Positions 1 through 14,101 of a stretch of DNA of 64,000 nt are shown here, piece by piece. This DNA comes from Octopus sinensis. Its lineage: Eukaryota. Location: assembly GCF_006345805.1 (NCBI RefSeq), contig NC_042998.1, positions 149,606,001 through 149,670,000 of the forward strand, given 5' to 3'. Numbering within the stretch: the first letter of the stretch is position 1; each line of letters opens with the position of its first letter. The notes beneath the pieces were generated by a model that ran no database searches, was not told where the DNA came from, and worked only from the letters and a program-made list of their open reading frames with translations. A program made the position numbers and the translations under genes.

Positions 1-7
1 AAAACTA

Positions 8-70
<63 letters not shown>
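1..70. repeat. (AAT)n microsatellite
   Basis: Pure aat repeat; similar runs at 290-348, 1201-1350, 1688-1765, 2158-2192, 4286-4490, 21590-21690, 22503-22620. Confidence 0.95.
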
Positions 71-73
<3 letters not shown>

Positions 74-289
74 CGGGATGGGCTACTCAACCAGGAGAAA
101 ATTCTAACTGGGCCCCACCTGCAAGGTCATGTGCTGTTTATCTTGATATGAGATCACCATGTCGCGCACATATGGTTGTGATGCATGTGCCTGGTGTACC
201 CTTATCAGACGGGTAGTCATGATGGGTATATTGGACTTCGTATATTTTACCCCAGTGTCACTTTGATGGCATGAACTGCTCTCTCACTC
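71..289 (+). mobile_element. Dispersed SINE-like repeat, family A (5'-truncated), ending in (AAT)n
   Basis: Nearly identical to 1469-1687 (gagcgggatgggctact...gcactgctctctcact); both copies are flanked by AAT runs. Confidence 0.8.
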
Positions 290-348
<59 letters not shown>

Positions 349-350
<2 letters not shown>

Positions 351-1040
351 TCGACCAGAAACACATGTATCAATAGTTACGAAGCTCAGGAGTAAAAGCA
401 GAGAGTGAAGGTTTCATATTAGCTGCTCAAGACCAAAGTTTGTTAACCCGGAACTACCAAGCCAATGTGATAAAGAATGGAGCTGACCCAAAATGCCGAT
501 TCTGTAACTATAGGCCACTTAATCTCAGGGTGTAGAGTTTTAGTACCCGTAGAATATAAAGCAAGACATGACAGAGTTGGTCAGTATTTACACTGGACAA
601 TATGTCGGCATTATAAAATCAAAACTACTGATAAATGGTATAAACACCATCCTGAAGCTGTGACTGAGGGACAGAATGTGTCAATTCTCTGGGACTTTCC
701 CGTACATACCGACAAAACTATAAAAGCTAATAAATCGGATATTATTATAAAAGTAAGTGTGTTTATTAATTGACATGAGTATTCCTTGCGATCACAATAT
801 AGCGTTGAAAGAATTTGACAAGATCAGTAAATATAAAGACTTGCTAATAGAAATTGAAAAAATGTGGCATCTCAAGGCGACTACAGCACCAGTGGTTGTA
901 TGATCTCTAGGAGTGATAAAAAAAGGCACTGGAATCTATTTGAAAATAATACCAGGCTTACCATCCCTACAGGAATTGCAAAAAATCGTGTTAACTGGAA
1001 CGACTCATGTACTGAGAAGAGCATTATTGCTGTGGAAACA
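349..1040 (+). mobile_element. R4/Dong-clade non-LTR retrotransposon, 3' fragment (zinc knuckle plus restriction-like endonuclease), frameshifted
   Basis: Joined frames read ESEGFILAAQDQ..CRFC..HLISGC..EYKARHDRVGQYLHW..ILWDFPVHTDKTIKANKSDI..LIDMSIPCD..KYKDL.IEIEKMWHLK..IVLTGTTHVLRRAL. Confidence 0.9.
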
Positions 1041-1257
1041 ACATCCATTCATGAATTTATTTATTTATTAATTTTTTAAATACATATTTTACCTGTGAAT
1101 TTATGCGTGTAATATGGGAGTGCGTTCAATGAGTTTCTCTGCCCTAGGTGTACGGAAAACACTCGCCGAGAAATGGAAGAAAATTTGAAGAAAGAAGGAA
1201 AATAATAATAATGATAATAATAATAGTAATAACAACAACAACAACAACAACAACAAC

Positions 1258-1342
<85 letters not shown>

Positions 1343-1344
1343 GT

Positions 1345-1685
1345 AGTAGTAGTGGGGGAGCATCATAGCCATGTGTTGAGAGGGATTCTTTGAGGTTTGA
1401 ATAATTCACCTTTGGGAACAGGGGTGTTTCGTTCAACATCCTTAAACAACCCTTATTCAGGGACCTTTTGAGCGGGATGGGCTACTCGACCAGAAAAAAT
1501 TCTAACTGGGCCCCACCTGCAAGGTCATGCGCTGTTTATATTGATATGAGATCACCATGTCGCACACATATAGTTGTGATGCATATGCCTAGTGTACCCT
1601 TATCAGACGGGTAGTCATGATGGGTATACTGGGCTTCGTATATTTTACCCCAGTGTCACTTTGATGGCATGCACTGCTCTCTCAC

Positions 1686-1687
<2 letters not shown>
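1345..1687 (+). mobile_element. Dispersed SINE-like repeat, family A
   Basis: 3' part matches 71-289; 5' part (gtagtgggggagcatcatagccatgtgttgagagggattc) matches 23215-23270 on the minus strand. Confidence 0.8.
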
Positions 1688-1766
<79 letters not shown>

Positions 1767-1789
1767 TAAATATGTAAAGGAATGTTCCA

Positions 1790-2157
1790 ACTTAAGTAAA
1801 CATAAGACCTGGAAATTGAAATGCAAAAGACATGGCATCTTAAAATTAGAACTGTTTCTGTTATTGTAAATGCTCAAGGTATGATAAAAAAGGGATGTCA
1901 GAAAAATTCCGATATGATCCCAGGAGAACCATATGTCAGAGAAATCCAAAAGATTGTGCAGACAAATACTGCTCATATTTGGAGAAAAAGCCCATCAGTT
2001 TAGATGTCTGTGCTGTATGACATGATATTTTGCTGCCGCCCCAGCCACCTCCCTCCCCAAACTTTCAGTCATACTGTCAGATCTGTTATCCTTTACTCAC
2101 CCTAGAACGCTGGCTGTGCCTCTGCAAGTGATTGTAACAAATATGCATATTAAAAGT
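1790..2157 (+). mobile_element. R4/Dong-clade 3' end plus 3' UTR
   Basis: DLEIEMQKTWHLKIRTVSVIVNAQGMIKKG..EIQKIVQTNTAHIWRK*, followed by a ~150-bp UTR and (AAT)n; preceded by (AAT)n. Confidence 0.8.
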
Positions 2158-2158
2158 A

Positions 2159-2189
<31 letters not shown>

Positions 2190-2231
<42 letters not shown>

Positions 2232-2360
2232 GTGATGATGATGGTGATGGTGATGGTGATGATGATGGTGATGGTGATGATGATGATGGTGATGGTGATG
2301 ATGGTGATGATGATGGTGATGGTGATGGTGATGATGATGGTGATGGTGATGATGATGATA

Positions 2361-2396
<36 letters not shown>

Positions 2397-2440
2397 GTGA
2401 TGGTGATGGTGATGGTGATGGGGATGATGATGATGATGGT
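2190..2440. repeat. (ATG)n/(GTGATG)n compound microsatellite
   Basis: Directly visible; it explains the poly-Met/Val ORF at 2193. Confidence 0.95.
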
Positions 2441-3010
2441 AACTAGATTATGGAGAAAAATTTGGTCAGATCATATCAGTCACAATGAAGTTGAGTCTCG
2501 GTTGCCAGAGGTTAGAAAGGGAGCTGCCTGAAACACCCATGCAAGGGAAGTGATCATCTCCTTAGAAAACGTGGATGAAGTGGCAAGGAAGATGGTCAAT
2601 TGGAAAGCTACTGGACCATGTTTTATTCAAGGGTTCTGATTAAAAAAGCTGAAAGTCTTACATGGATGATTGCAGCATCTTCAAGATTGCCCCAGTCAGG
2701 GTATTATTCCAGACTGGATAGTTAAGGGTAGAACAGTTCTTGTGGTGAAGGATCCACCAAGGGGCTTCGAAGTAAGTAATGTTTTACCTATTACCTTCTT
2801 GCCCATTATGTGGAATCTATGCAAATAGTGACTTCATGAAGAAGATGGCCTAAACCACTGTTAAAATATATGAAGCCTAAGGATAGACCTAGGAAGATTA
2901 CATGGACCCTCCCACCACTTTCTCTTTGTGTGATAAAACAAACGTAGGTAGAAAATTCTCTGCCCCGATAGATAAGCATTTTCCGGATAGCCATTGGTGC
3001 AAAAACGTGT
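2441..3010 (+). mobile_element. R4/Dong-clade reverse transcriptase N-terminal fragment, degraded
   Basis: LWRKIWSDHISHNE..MVNWKATGP..IQGF.LKKL..IPDWIVKGRTVLVVKDP..SN..PIT.LPIMW matches the RT domain 0-2 pattern of RLE-type LINEs. Confidence 0.75.
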
Positions 3011-4285
3011 AATAGACGTTCAGTAAATGTCTTTTACAACCGCTGACCAATATTAAAAATATTATTTCTCTCAAGTCACGCTAAGTGCTTACTCCCAAAC
3101 TGCAGAGACCTAGGCACTTGCCCACTCCCGACCAGCCAAGCATGGCTAGCTCAGTGGTTTATCATGCTGAAGTCACGTCACAACCATAAATTAGCGAAGT
3201 TCAAATGAAAGGTATGTTGGTCTATGTGATAGTGATATCAAAATGGTATGCTAACCTACAGTCTTCTATTGGAAACGTAAATATAAGAAAAGCGCAATGT
3301 AAGCTTAGCCATATTTAGGAGCTAAACGCTAACAGTAATCCACGCACCAAGTGGAGAATTGTAGTCCACGCCATACGTTAATGAGTTAAGGACGCGCAGG
3401 CTTTATATAACTAAAAGAACACGTATCCATTTTTGATAAAAAAAAAAAAAAACTCCGATGATTAAGTGAATTCTGAATCCCAAATATTTACTAGATGCAG
3501 CTGGATAAGTTTCTACTATCGAACTGCCGAACACCAACCTCTGGATTAATCATACATTCTCACAAGCTTTAATTTTCCCCGTCGAATTACCCACACAAAC
3601 TGTGGTTAATTTTCATTCTAATGAACTAAAAGGACACAACTCTTATCTATATTTCCGCCATGCTTTTTTCTCACACACATTTTTCTTTCATTTTATTTCT
3701 CGTTCTTTCTCGTTTTCCTCCTAAAGTCATATTTTATTCTGGCCTGAAGAGTTGAGTGATATTTCAGAAGTGTTACACTGCTATATTAGGTGGCTATTTA
3801 AGTAATGTGTCCAGGGGTGATTAGTGGCTTGGATGTGTTGCTCAAGAAGGAGCAAGAACTCTTGAAATATGCATATACACCCTTTACCTATTTTTCTATC
3901 TTCGATCATTGTTTACATAGATGTATTTGTATATGAAATGTAGTAACTCACAGTGTTGGCTATATCTTCTATAGAAAACCTGTAGAAATAAGTTTAAAAA
4001 GTGATGTTTGTGTTAGTGTGTGTGTATGTATTTGTATGTGTGTGTTTGTGTGTGTGTATGAACGCTTGCCCTCCATCTTCCTTTCTAACATTAAATTTTC
4101 CTCTTTCTCTCCTTTCGTTTTGCCTTTTACACTTTTCGTTCCCTTTCTACTATAGTGCACCTTATTTCTTTGTCTGTTTTGTGATGCTCATTCACCCTTG
4201 TTTTTATTTTTTAATTTATTTTTTTTTAATTCTTAATTTCTAAAACAATTTTTTCTTTGCTGCAACTATCACAACTATTGCCATC

Positions 4286-4343
<58 letters not shown>

Positions 4344-4362
4344 GTAATAATTATTGTTGTTG

Positions 4363-4394
<32 letters not shown>

Positions 4395-4431
4395 GTTATT
4401 GTTATTGTTGTTATTGTTATTGTTATTGATA

Positions 4432-4492
<61 letters not shown>

Positions 4493-4662
4493 GTTCATTT
4501 GTAAGTAATGTTACTCAGTCCTATTCAGTTTTTAATAGGCTTTAATGATTACAATATTTGTTAAACCTATTATCCATTAGATACCATCAGTTCTATACTC
4601 TACCTCGATATTAGAGTACTTCTTACATACTTCATCTTGTTTTGTTTCTTTCTGCTCACATG

Positions 4663-4722
<60 letters not shown>

Positions 4723-4859
4723 GTGTGTGTGTGTGTGTGTGCGTGTGTGTGTGTGCGTGTGTGTGTGTGCGTGTGTGTGTATGTTTGTGTGTATGTGTGT
4801 ATATTTGTGTGTGTGTACTATGGCGAATAGCTATCAGTGGTAGAAGCCTCTAAAATTTC

Positions 4860-5700
4860 ATAAAACTGGTGAAAGAATCTTGTAATTGTGTATGGAGTAA
4901 ACAATTGATTCCGAGGAGCCTATAATGGTCTGAGTCGACAGTTCTTGAGTGTAAAGAATTCCAGACATTCTATTTCTTGCATAATTCAAAAGAACAAAGA
5001 AAAAATGTAAAACAAGTTTTGTTAATGCTCCCATAATACAGGACAATCCATTGATGGCTATCTTCTGCTTTTAAACACACAATGAATGCTGTTGATATAG
5101 AACCTCACTTTAAACATCCTTGTTGATTTGACTATTCTCTGATATGAATACGTACAAAGGTTTTCATAATTTGCAATTCCCGAATAGTCCCTATAAAACT
5201 AACTGCGTGAAAAGTATGGTTGTTACCATATTTTGAAACCAGCATACCTAAGCTCTGACTTTCATCCTTATTGACGGATATTGCAAGGCATATCTGAATT
5301 GTAAACTGAAATACTTAAAATTAAATCGATCATTTTGACAATATTTGAATTCTTGGAATGAAAGTAGTTTTCTCCTTTCTACATTCATGCAAGGACAATA
5401 GAAACTTCTGTTACATGCAGTATTTGTTAAATTTTCTTTCACTGAGTTTTTCAAAGAACGATAGGGGTAGGGATCACGATATTTTCAGGTTATTTTAGAT
5501 GACTGAGATCAATTTTGGATAAGGCTAATTTTAAATACCTGGATGTCGATATCTCCAGAAAATGAAAGAAAAGTTGACGGGAATGGATTCTTGAGTTTTG
5601 CAGTTCTGCAGGATGAATAGTTTGAAGTCATTAGCGTTGGATATCGAAAGTGAGGGGTTAATAGTAGAGACAATAAGGTGCTTTGGTGTTGGAGGAGGGG
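4860..5700 (-). mobile_element. Possible heavily degraded I/Jockey-type LINE (ORF1 zinc-knuckle region plus start of APE endonuclease)
   Basis: LLNYARNRMSGILYTQE..SIHNYKILS resembles an APE N-terminus; upstream remnants (SKYGNNH, GNCK) resemble CCHC knuckles; many stops. Confidence 0.3.
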
Positions 5701-6259
5701 GACGTAGTTGTAGTTGTTGTTCTTGTTGTTATTGTTGCTGTTGTAGCTGTTTTTGTTGTTCTTTAGACCCGCCTTATCAGCATTGGATTCAACTATCTCT
5801 GATCAAAGGCATTCTAGCCTTGACCATCCTGTTCTTCTCTGCAATTTGTTCATTTCAAAACGGTAAGGTATTACAGAAAATTCGGCTGCAATAAAATATT
5901 TTTGTTTACTGTTTGTTGTTGTTGCTGTTGATGATGATGATGATGTTGCTGCTCCTGCTTATGATGATGATGATGTCGATGATGATGATGATACAAGCTA
6001 CAATTAGTATTGCTTCTGTCTTTATCGCAGTCTTGATGGTCATCTATCTAGCTGTTGTAGTGGGTGCTGTTGTAGTTGGTGGTGATGCAGTGACAATCAT
6101 TAAGCACTGACTTCGTTGTTATCCTTGCTGTAGCTTTGTTTAGTCTAGCATTTTCTAAACCCCACCACCATGACCACCACCACCAAGAACAGCAACAACA
6201 ACGATACAACCATCATAATTACTAGAACAACAATGCGGCAGCAACCGAACAACGTGACT

Positions 6260-6450
6260 GTCGAACCGACGATGGAAGCGCCACACAGTCGCTTGATATG
6301 CTAGAGACGGCAGCCAACTCTCCTTCCAGTATCCCCCTGTCGTCTTGAAAAGAACATAACACAGACAGTGCTTGGATACATGGATATAAAGATGGGATGG
6401 TTACATCTGGAACACAATTGACCCTAGGTTCTCGGAACCAGAGCTAGTTT
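6260..6450 (+). mobile_element. Probable SINE 3' half ending in (AAC)n
   Basis: Resembles a common octopus repeat from memory (ccacacagtcgcttga..ataaagatgggatggt..aaacaacaac); no second copy in the window. Confidence 0.35.
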
Positions 6451-7059
6451 AAAAACAACAACGACGGCAACAACAACAAGAGCAAAAATTATATCGAAAA
6501 CTAGTAACTCTACCATCGTCACAACAATCATCTGGAAAAGATGCAATATCTAATTGATCAGTTTTACAGCCATCACTACCACCACCACCACCACCATCAC
6601 TTACAACAACAACAAAAACCCTAACCCTAACCACTGTCAGCACTACCAATACGACGACGGCCACCACCACCACCACCACTGCCAGCACCATCGGCAACAA
6701 AACCACATTTATTACCAAACAAAAAACAACCACCACCAACACTGACATCGCCATCACCACCATTATTACCGCACATAAACACCACCAACACCGCCATCAA
6801 TACCACGACCACCATAACCACCATCAATACCACAGTTTATATTGCTTCCACTTGTCGCCAATTAATTACAGCTTACAGGTTTTTTTTTCAAACCGCCACA
6901 ACCAGCACCAGCACCACCAGCACCCCCACCAGCACCGCCAACACCCCCACCAGCACTGACACCACCACCACTACTACTACTAGGATGATAACGAGGATTT
7001 CTTACATTATCATAGTAATAATAATATTTATCAAGCATCGAAACTACACTTATCTCTTC

Positions 7060-8036
7060 CTTAATATATATGTAAGTACACACACACACACATATATGTA
7101 TATACATACTTATATATACATGTATATGTTTGTATATATATATACATAACTAAAGACATATATGTTTGTGTGTATATATATGTATGTATATATATATATA
7201 CATACATACATACACATACGTTTATGGATACAGCAGTACGTGTATGTGTGCGCTTATATATATACATGTACATATACATTTATATATATATATATATATA
7301 ATATATATATATTATATATATTATATATATATATATGTATATATGTATACATGCATATATATATATATATATATGTACATATATGTATATATATATTATA
7401 TATATACATATATATATTATATATATATATATATACATATGTATATACACACACGTAAAGATATATACTGTATAGAAATATATATATTCACATATGTGCA
7501 TTGGCTACGTCTATATATATATATATTATATAATATATATATAGTAATATATATGTTGTGCACATACGTGTGTGTGTGTACATACGTGTGTGTGCGTACG
7601 AACATACATATGCACACACATATAAGTACACATACATATATACACACATCCATCTAAACGCACATACGTATACACATAAGTCTCATACATATGTCACACG
7701 AACTCCAACTACTTTATTCTTCTCTCACTGGTCTTTCTCTCTTACACGCTATCCTGTCTAACTACCCTTCTCTCTCTCCCTATCTGTCTCTATCTCTAAT
7801 TTTCTCTTTATCTGTTTTCCTCTCTCCCACACTCTCACAGTTCAATCAACCTTTTTCTCTCTCCCTCACTCTTTCTCTCTCCAATTTCTCTATCGATTAC
7901 ACATAATTGACCTATTTTTAATAAACCACTTTCCAACCGAGCTTGCCGTTCATTTCCTACCCTAACTTCCAACTCATTACTTCTCTGCCTCTCTTTCTCT
8001 CTCTCTCTCTCACACACATGTAGACGCATACATATT

Positions 8037-8099
<63 letters not shown>

Positions 8100-8511
8100 A
8101 TATATATGTGTGTGTGTGGTGTGTGTGTGTGTGGTGTTCTATGTATGTGTGTATATATACATATATATATATGTATATATATATGTATATGTATGTATAT
8201 ATAGTGGTGTGTCTGTATATATGTATGTATATGTAATGTATATATATATGTCTGTGCATAATATGTTCGTACACACACACACATTATCTACACACACACA
8301 CACATATATATTCATATTATATATATATATATAATATATATTATATATATATATATATATATTTATTCATAGATATATATAGACACATACATACGTACAT
8401 ACGCACGTACGTACGTACGTACATACACATACATACCTATACACCCGTTTTCCTATTCCCTTCACTCTCTACGTACACATACATGTACGTATATTATGTA
8501 TGTACACTTAT

Positions 8512-8558
<47 letters not shown>

Positions 8559-9269
8559 TTCTATTGAGTATATATTGCCAATTTAATAATATATGTTACA
8601 TGTGTATTATATATATACTATTATATTATATATCACACACACAACATTTCATAGTCGTTTCATATATTCCTCTTTCTTACCCTGTCTATCTCTTATCTCC
8701 CACACTCTCTCTCTCTCTCTCGCTCTCTCATACTTTTACCCCGCTTCCAGTTATGATTTCTGCATGAAACAAACTCTTTCTCTCGTTCCCTTATCCTCCG
8801 TCTTTGCCTGTTTGTTTCTCTCTCTGTCTCCCCTTTCTCCCCCTCTCCCCTCTCTCTCCCTCACGATTTCTTTCTGTCGTGCTTTGTCCCTTTCTCTCTT
8901 CACCTCTTCCGTTCTCTTCTTCGCTCTCTACTTTTATATCCACCCAATCGCCCCAGCATTTCCCATCTTTCTTACCTTCTCTTTTCTATATATGTTTTAT
9001 TCTTTTCATTCTCCTCACCGTCTGAAGAAGTCACGCTTCCACTCTCTATTTCCTATTCTCACTCTCTCTTTCTGTCTTTCTCTGTCTTTTTCTCTCTTTT
9101 CTCTCGTTCTCATACTCTCTCTTTTCTTTACCCCTATGTGGGTGAAGATAACCCCCATAATGCATCGCGATATATACATCAAATTTATTAGGGAAGCAAT
9201 TTTTTTCCTTTTACACAATCCAGAATTTTTGCAATTATGTCACCATTGTGAGTTTGTATTTCAGTAACA

Positions 9270-9330
<61 letters not shown>

Positions 9331-9466
9331 GCTGTGTGTGTGTGTCGGTGTGTGTGTGTGTGAGTGTGTGCGTGCGTTTGTATATACGTGCCTATATGTG
9401 TATAGATGTTAGTAAACGTTTACGTATCTGTGTGCAATATATATATAATATATATATACATTTTCA

Positions 9467-9504
<38 letters not shown>

Positions 9505-9587
9505 TTACATATATATATGCATATATATATATGTGTATGCATTTGTATGTATGTATATAATTACATACACAGACATGGAGATATGTA

Positions 9588-9628
<41 letters not shown>

Positions 9629-9680
9629 CATGTATATATGCGCATAAATATATATACATACACACGTATATGTAAGTATA
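7060..9680. repeat. Long low-complexity block of (TA)n, (CA)n, (TC)n and (TG)n
   Basis: Directly visible; source of the Y/I/C/V-rich spurious ORFs. Confidence 0.9.
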
Positions 9681-10159
9681 TGAATATTTGATGTGGTGTT
9701 AGGTGTGGGCGGATACACATTCACACAATGTTACATGACACCAAACGATACGGGTTAATAAAGTCCAGAAGCTGTAATGTATGACATAAAATTCAGTGTA
9801 ACAATGCACTTTTACCTGAGAATATTACTTTACTAGTTAAATATTTCTTTTTACCAGACGTTTTCAGTTACATTTTAACTTGTTCATAGTATTACTGGGA
9901 ACACACAGGTATAGTATGAATGACTACCGTCCGAAATGTCGTGAGTCTTTCCTTTTAAGCATGTATGTAAGCTAACAATTGTCAAACCTTGTTGGCTTGT
10001 TTTTCTGTTCATTGCCTAAAATATACGCACATGCATGAATATATACATGCATTCATATACTTACATACCTGCATGCATAGATACATACATAAATATACGT
10101 GAAAAATGATAAATAATATATAATATATATATTTACAAATATATATTCTTTTATTTGTG

Positions 10160-10352
10160 TCAGTTATTCGACTGCGGCCATGCTAGAGCGACGCATTTAG
10201 TCAAGCAAATCAGCCCCTGAACTTACTCTTTGTAAGCCAAATATTTATTCTATCATTCTCTCTTGCCGAACCGCTAAGTGACGGGGACGTAAACACACCT
10301 GCATCGATTGTCAAGCGATGTTGGGGGAACAAACACAGACACACAAACATAT

Positions 10353-10403
<51 letters not shown>

Positions 10404-10612
10404 ATATATATATATACACACTCAGCAGCAGCAGCATATATATACGATGGGCTTCTTTCAGTTTCCGTCTACCATATACACTCTCAAGGCTTTGGTCGGT
10501 CCGAGGCTTTGGTAGTAGACACTTGCTCCAGGTGCCACGCAGTGGGACTGAACCCAGAACCATGTGCTTGGTAAACAAGCTATTTACTACACAGCCACTC
10601 CTGTACCTAAAT
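10160..10612 (-). mobile_element. tRNA-derived SINE, family S1, with internal (CA/TA)n
   Basis: Reverse complement of the 29519-29915 copy: head caggagtggctgtgt.., core accttgggcaagtgtcttctact..aaagccttgtgagtggatttggtagacggaaactgaaagaagcccgtc. Confidence 0.9.
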
Positions 10613-10649
10613 GTTTCGTGGCAGCCCCCGGATGCCGATATACTCTTTT

Positions 10650-11010
10650 CTTCTTTTACTCTTTTACTTGTTTCAGTCATTTGACTGTGTCCATGCTGGA
10701 TCACCGCCTTTAGTCGAGCAAATCGACCCCAGGACTTGTTCTTTGTAAGCCTAGTACTTATTCTATCGGTCTCTTTTGCCGAACCGCTAATGAACGGGTA
10801 CGTAAACACACCAGCATCGGTTGTCAAGTGATGTTGGGGGGACAAACACAGACACACATATACACATGCACATATATATTTATATATACGACGGGCTTCT
10901 TTCAGTTTCCGTCTACCAAATCCACTCACAAGGCTTTGGTCGGCCCGAGGCTATAGTAGAAATCACTTGCCCATGTAGCTGGTAAGCAAGCTACTTACCA
11001 CGCAGCCACT
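10650..11010 (-). mobile_element. SINE S1, head partly deleted
   Basis: High identity to the 29519-29915 copy over core and tail. Confidence 0.9.
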
Positions 11011-11200
11011 CATATGCATATATGGGTACAGGACGTCACAAACGGTGAAAATAACATGAAATACGTAAAGAAACGAGGGAAAACGAGTGAAATATGTAAA
11101 CAACGAGAAAAAATGGAAAACATGACAAGTAAACGCAGAGAAAGGACCCTTTGTCAGTTGTTGGCTGTCTATCTACTCCTCATTTCGAGCATTCAACGAC

Positions 11201-11249
<49 letters not shown>

Positions 11250-11279
11250 CACACACACACACGCACACACTCACACAAA

Positions 11280-11322
<43 letters not shown>

Positions 11323-11929
11323 ACACACACACACACACACACAAACTCACACACACACGCGCACACACTCACACACTTATATATGCTGAACACATTTATG
11401 GCATTGTTAATTTAAACAAGAATGTGCTATGAGTGATAATTCATAGTGGCCAGCAGTAGAATTACCTAGGGAATAAATATATGGTGTGTTCCACTCTTTT
11501 CTAAATCGTGCATAACATAATAACGTCATACTTTCTTATCTTCTTACATTTGCCTGTAGGATTGTTTGTTCGCTCAATCAGAGCAACTCTGACTGAAAAA
11601 AGTATGAGCCCCATCACCAAAACAACAACAACAGCAACAAGAACGGAAACAATAACAACTACAGGATCCTTTGTTATCAAGTTCAATAGAGGATGAAAAT
11701 TTAAATCAAACAATAAAAGAACACCTAAATGCTGTGAAGAAGTTATGTTTCTTGTTTTACTGTTTTTTCCAAGTCTAGTGAATTCCTGACGGGGTCTAAT
11801 ACTACAAATTTAAAAATAGGGAAATATGAATGTAAAATTTTCATACCTTGAATAAAGATACAAAGGTTATTGATCAAATGAAATATCCGATCTTAATATT
11901 ATAATGAACAGCGATCATCCCAGGCAGAA

Positions 11930-12080
11930 AGCACAGTCTGCGCTGAAGTTCTCATAGCAACCACATGATTTCAGGATCGATTTCAATGCATAGCCTTTTA
12001 GGCAAGTGTCACCCATCATAAACTTGCGTCCACAGAGATTTGGCAGACGGAAACTATCTGGAATTCCATCCTTGTTTTGA
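11930..12080 (+). mobile_element. Degenerate SINE S1 head/core
   Basis: caaccacatg..ggcaagtgtc..gatttggcagacggaaact. Confidence 0.5.
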
Positions 12081-13027
12081 TTTGGGTTGATAATCTAAAT
12101 CCTTCGCACGGCTTAACACACCATGTGAACGTTGAGCATCTTTGGAGGGGTTCACTATGTTACAATGGTAAACAGGGTGGCATCCAGAGAAAATTCACTC
12201 AATCAGAGGTGAGCAATTTTGCTGATTAGCACTTACAGAAACACACCCATTTATAGACTACGGTGGGATGCTATCTCCTCTATTTCTTTTATCACTACTA
12301 TAATGATATCTGCTTCTCAGGTTTGGTTGGGCCGTACCTCTATCTCTCAGACACACCCACACACCTATTTCCACTCGTGTCACTCTTGTTGTCTCTTACC
12401 CCTTTTCTCCGCACTGGCAGATATGGCTAGTCCTTCTTTGCCAGAATATCAGCCCGCTGGAATTTTCTGACATGTCTTTCCTACAAATGTAGGCCTACAA
12501 CAGCTTAAGCGGAACATTAACGTGTCAACCTTTGTGGGCCAGCAAGGGCTTTGTTTCTTCCCCCATGCACAGCAAACACAAAATTTTGCTGGCATCCAAA
12601 TTTCCGTAACGAGCCACTAAGGTATTTGGGTTTGACAATAATTACAAAGGAGATAAAATATACCCTTAAGGTGATCGGTGGAGTCAATCGAAACGAATAG
12701 AGTTTATTCTATAATTGGGTTTCATCAGAGTTAAGAATGGAGATTTTGTGCAATCTCTCGATCTTTTAGAAACAACAACCTTTCTTAAGTCATATCATAA
12801 TGTCTTAAAAATCGGAGGACATACACTACAATGAAGTGCATGACATACAATAAGACATGGTGGCCACGGCAAGCACGTCATTCAATCGGTGCTAACCCAG
12901 CAACAACTATAACAATAGACGTAGCAAAGGTAGTAGTATCAATTAGTGATTATTATATCGTTTCTGGGAGGGACCAATGCCAGAGGATTCCTCGATAGAA
13001 ACTAAACACAGAATTCAGGAGAGGAGA

Positions 13028-13244
13028 GGAGTGAGTGAGTGAGTGAGCGAGCGAGTGAGTGTGTGAGTGAGCGAGTGAGTGAGTGAGCGAGCGAGTGGGT
13101 GAGTGAACGAGTGAGTGAGTGAGCGAGTGAGAGAGCGAGAGAGTGAGTGAGCGAGTTAGTGAGCGAGTGAGTAAGTGAGTGAGTGAGTGAGTGAGTGAAT
13201 GAGTGAGTGAGCGAGTGATTAAGATAGACAGACAGACAGACAGC

Positions 13245-13316
<72 letters not shown>

Positions 13317-13325
13317 CAGGTAGCT
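13028..13325. repeat. (GAGT)n followed by (GACA/GATA)n microsatellites
   Basis: Directly visible. Confidence 0.95.
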
Positions 13326-13939
13326 AGATACGGAGGGAATTAAAGCGACCAATATGGCGGCGGAAGAGGAAAAAATTGAATATATTCGTAACTATTCAGT
13401 GCAAAAAGGGTAAAACCATATTGTCTGGTGGTTCTAATACCATTTCTGAGCAATTCCACCGCTCAACCTAACACGGAAATTAATAATAATAGCATTTGTA
13501 TAGTAGAGAATAATGGCGTGAAAACAGTTACGGGAATGATGATGCTGATGCTGATGATGCCAATGACGACTACAGCGAGGAAGAGGAAGATGAGGGGGAG
13601 AACAGATCGTGTAAGTGGGGGAGAAGGACATCTACAATATGGCTATGGCGATTGTAACGACGATGATGATAATGATTGTGATGGTGACGACAATGATGTT
13701 GATGATGATGCGAATGATATGTGGCGATAACGGTAATGAAAATGATAATGTTGACGATTATGATGATGATCATCATCGTTATGATAATCATAATAGATGG
13801 TGGTGGTAGTTCAAGAGGAAGTCGTGTGGGTGAGCGTGTTTGTGTGTGTACGTGTGTGTACGTGTGTGTGCATAATATGAATGTATATACATATGTATGT
13901 ATATACGCATGTGTATATATAAATATGTATATGTGTGTA

Positions 13940-13990
<51 letters not shown>

Positions 13991-14035
13991 GATTTATATA
14001 TGTGTGTGCGTGCATATATGAATATATATATGTTA

Positions 14036-14101
<66 letters not shown>

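Noticed and set aside
1600-1680. ATGA plus hairpin in family A considered as a SECIS element
   Set aside because: It lacks the apical AA and the correct helix II geometry.
2193-2531. Poly-Met/Val ORF of 112 aa
   Set aside because: It is the (ATG/GTG)n microsatellite reading into a Dong RT remnant.
3490-3790. QLDKFLL..P-like CR1 tail and a CTGAAGA motif
   Set aside because: Too short and degenerate to classify.
7061-9724. Many ORFs rich in Y/I/C/V/H/T (also at 13700-15350, 27600-28300, 30700-33700, 39600-40000, 47800-49800)
   Set aside because: These are translations of (TA)n, (CA)n and (TACA)n microsatellites, which lack stop codons in some frames.
12675-12735. CTGATGA followed by a hairpin on the minus strand (hammerhead-like)
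   Set aside because: There is no GAAA after the stem (it reads TCGATT) and stems I/III cannot be built.
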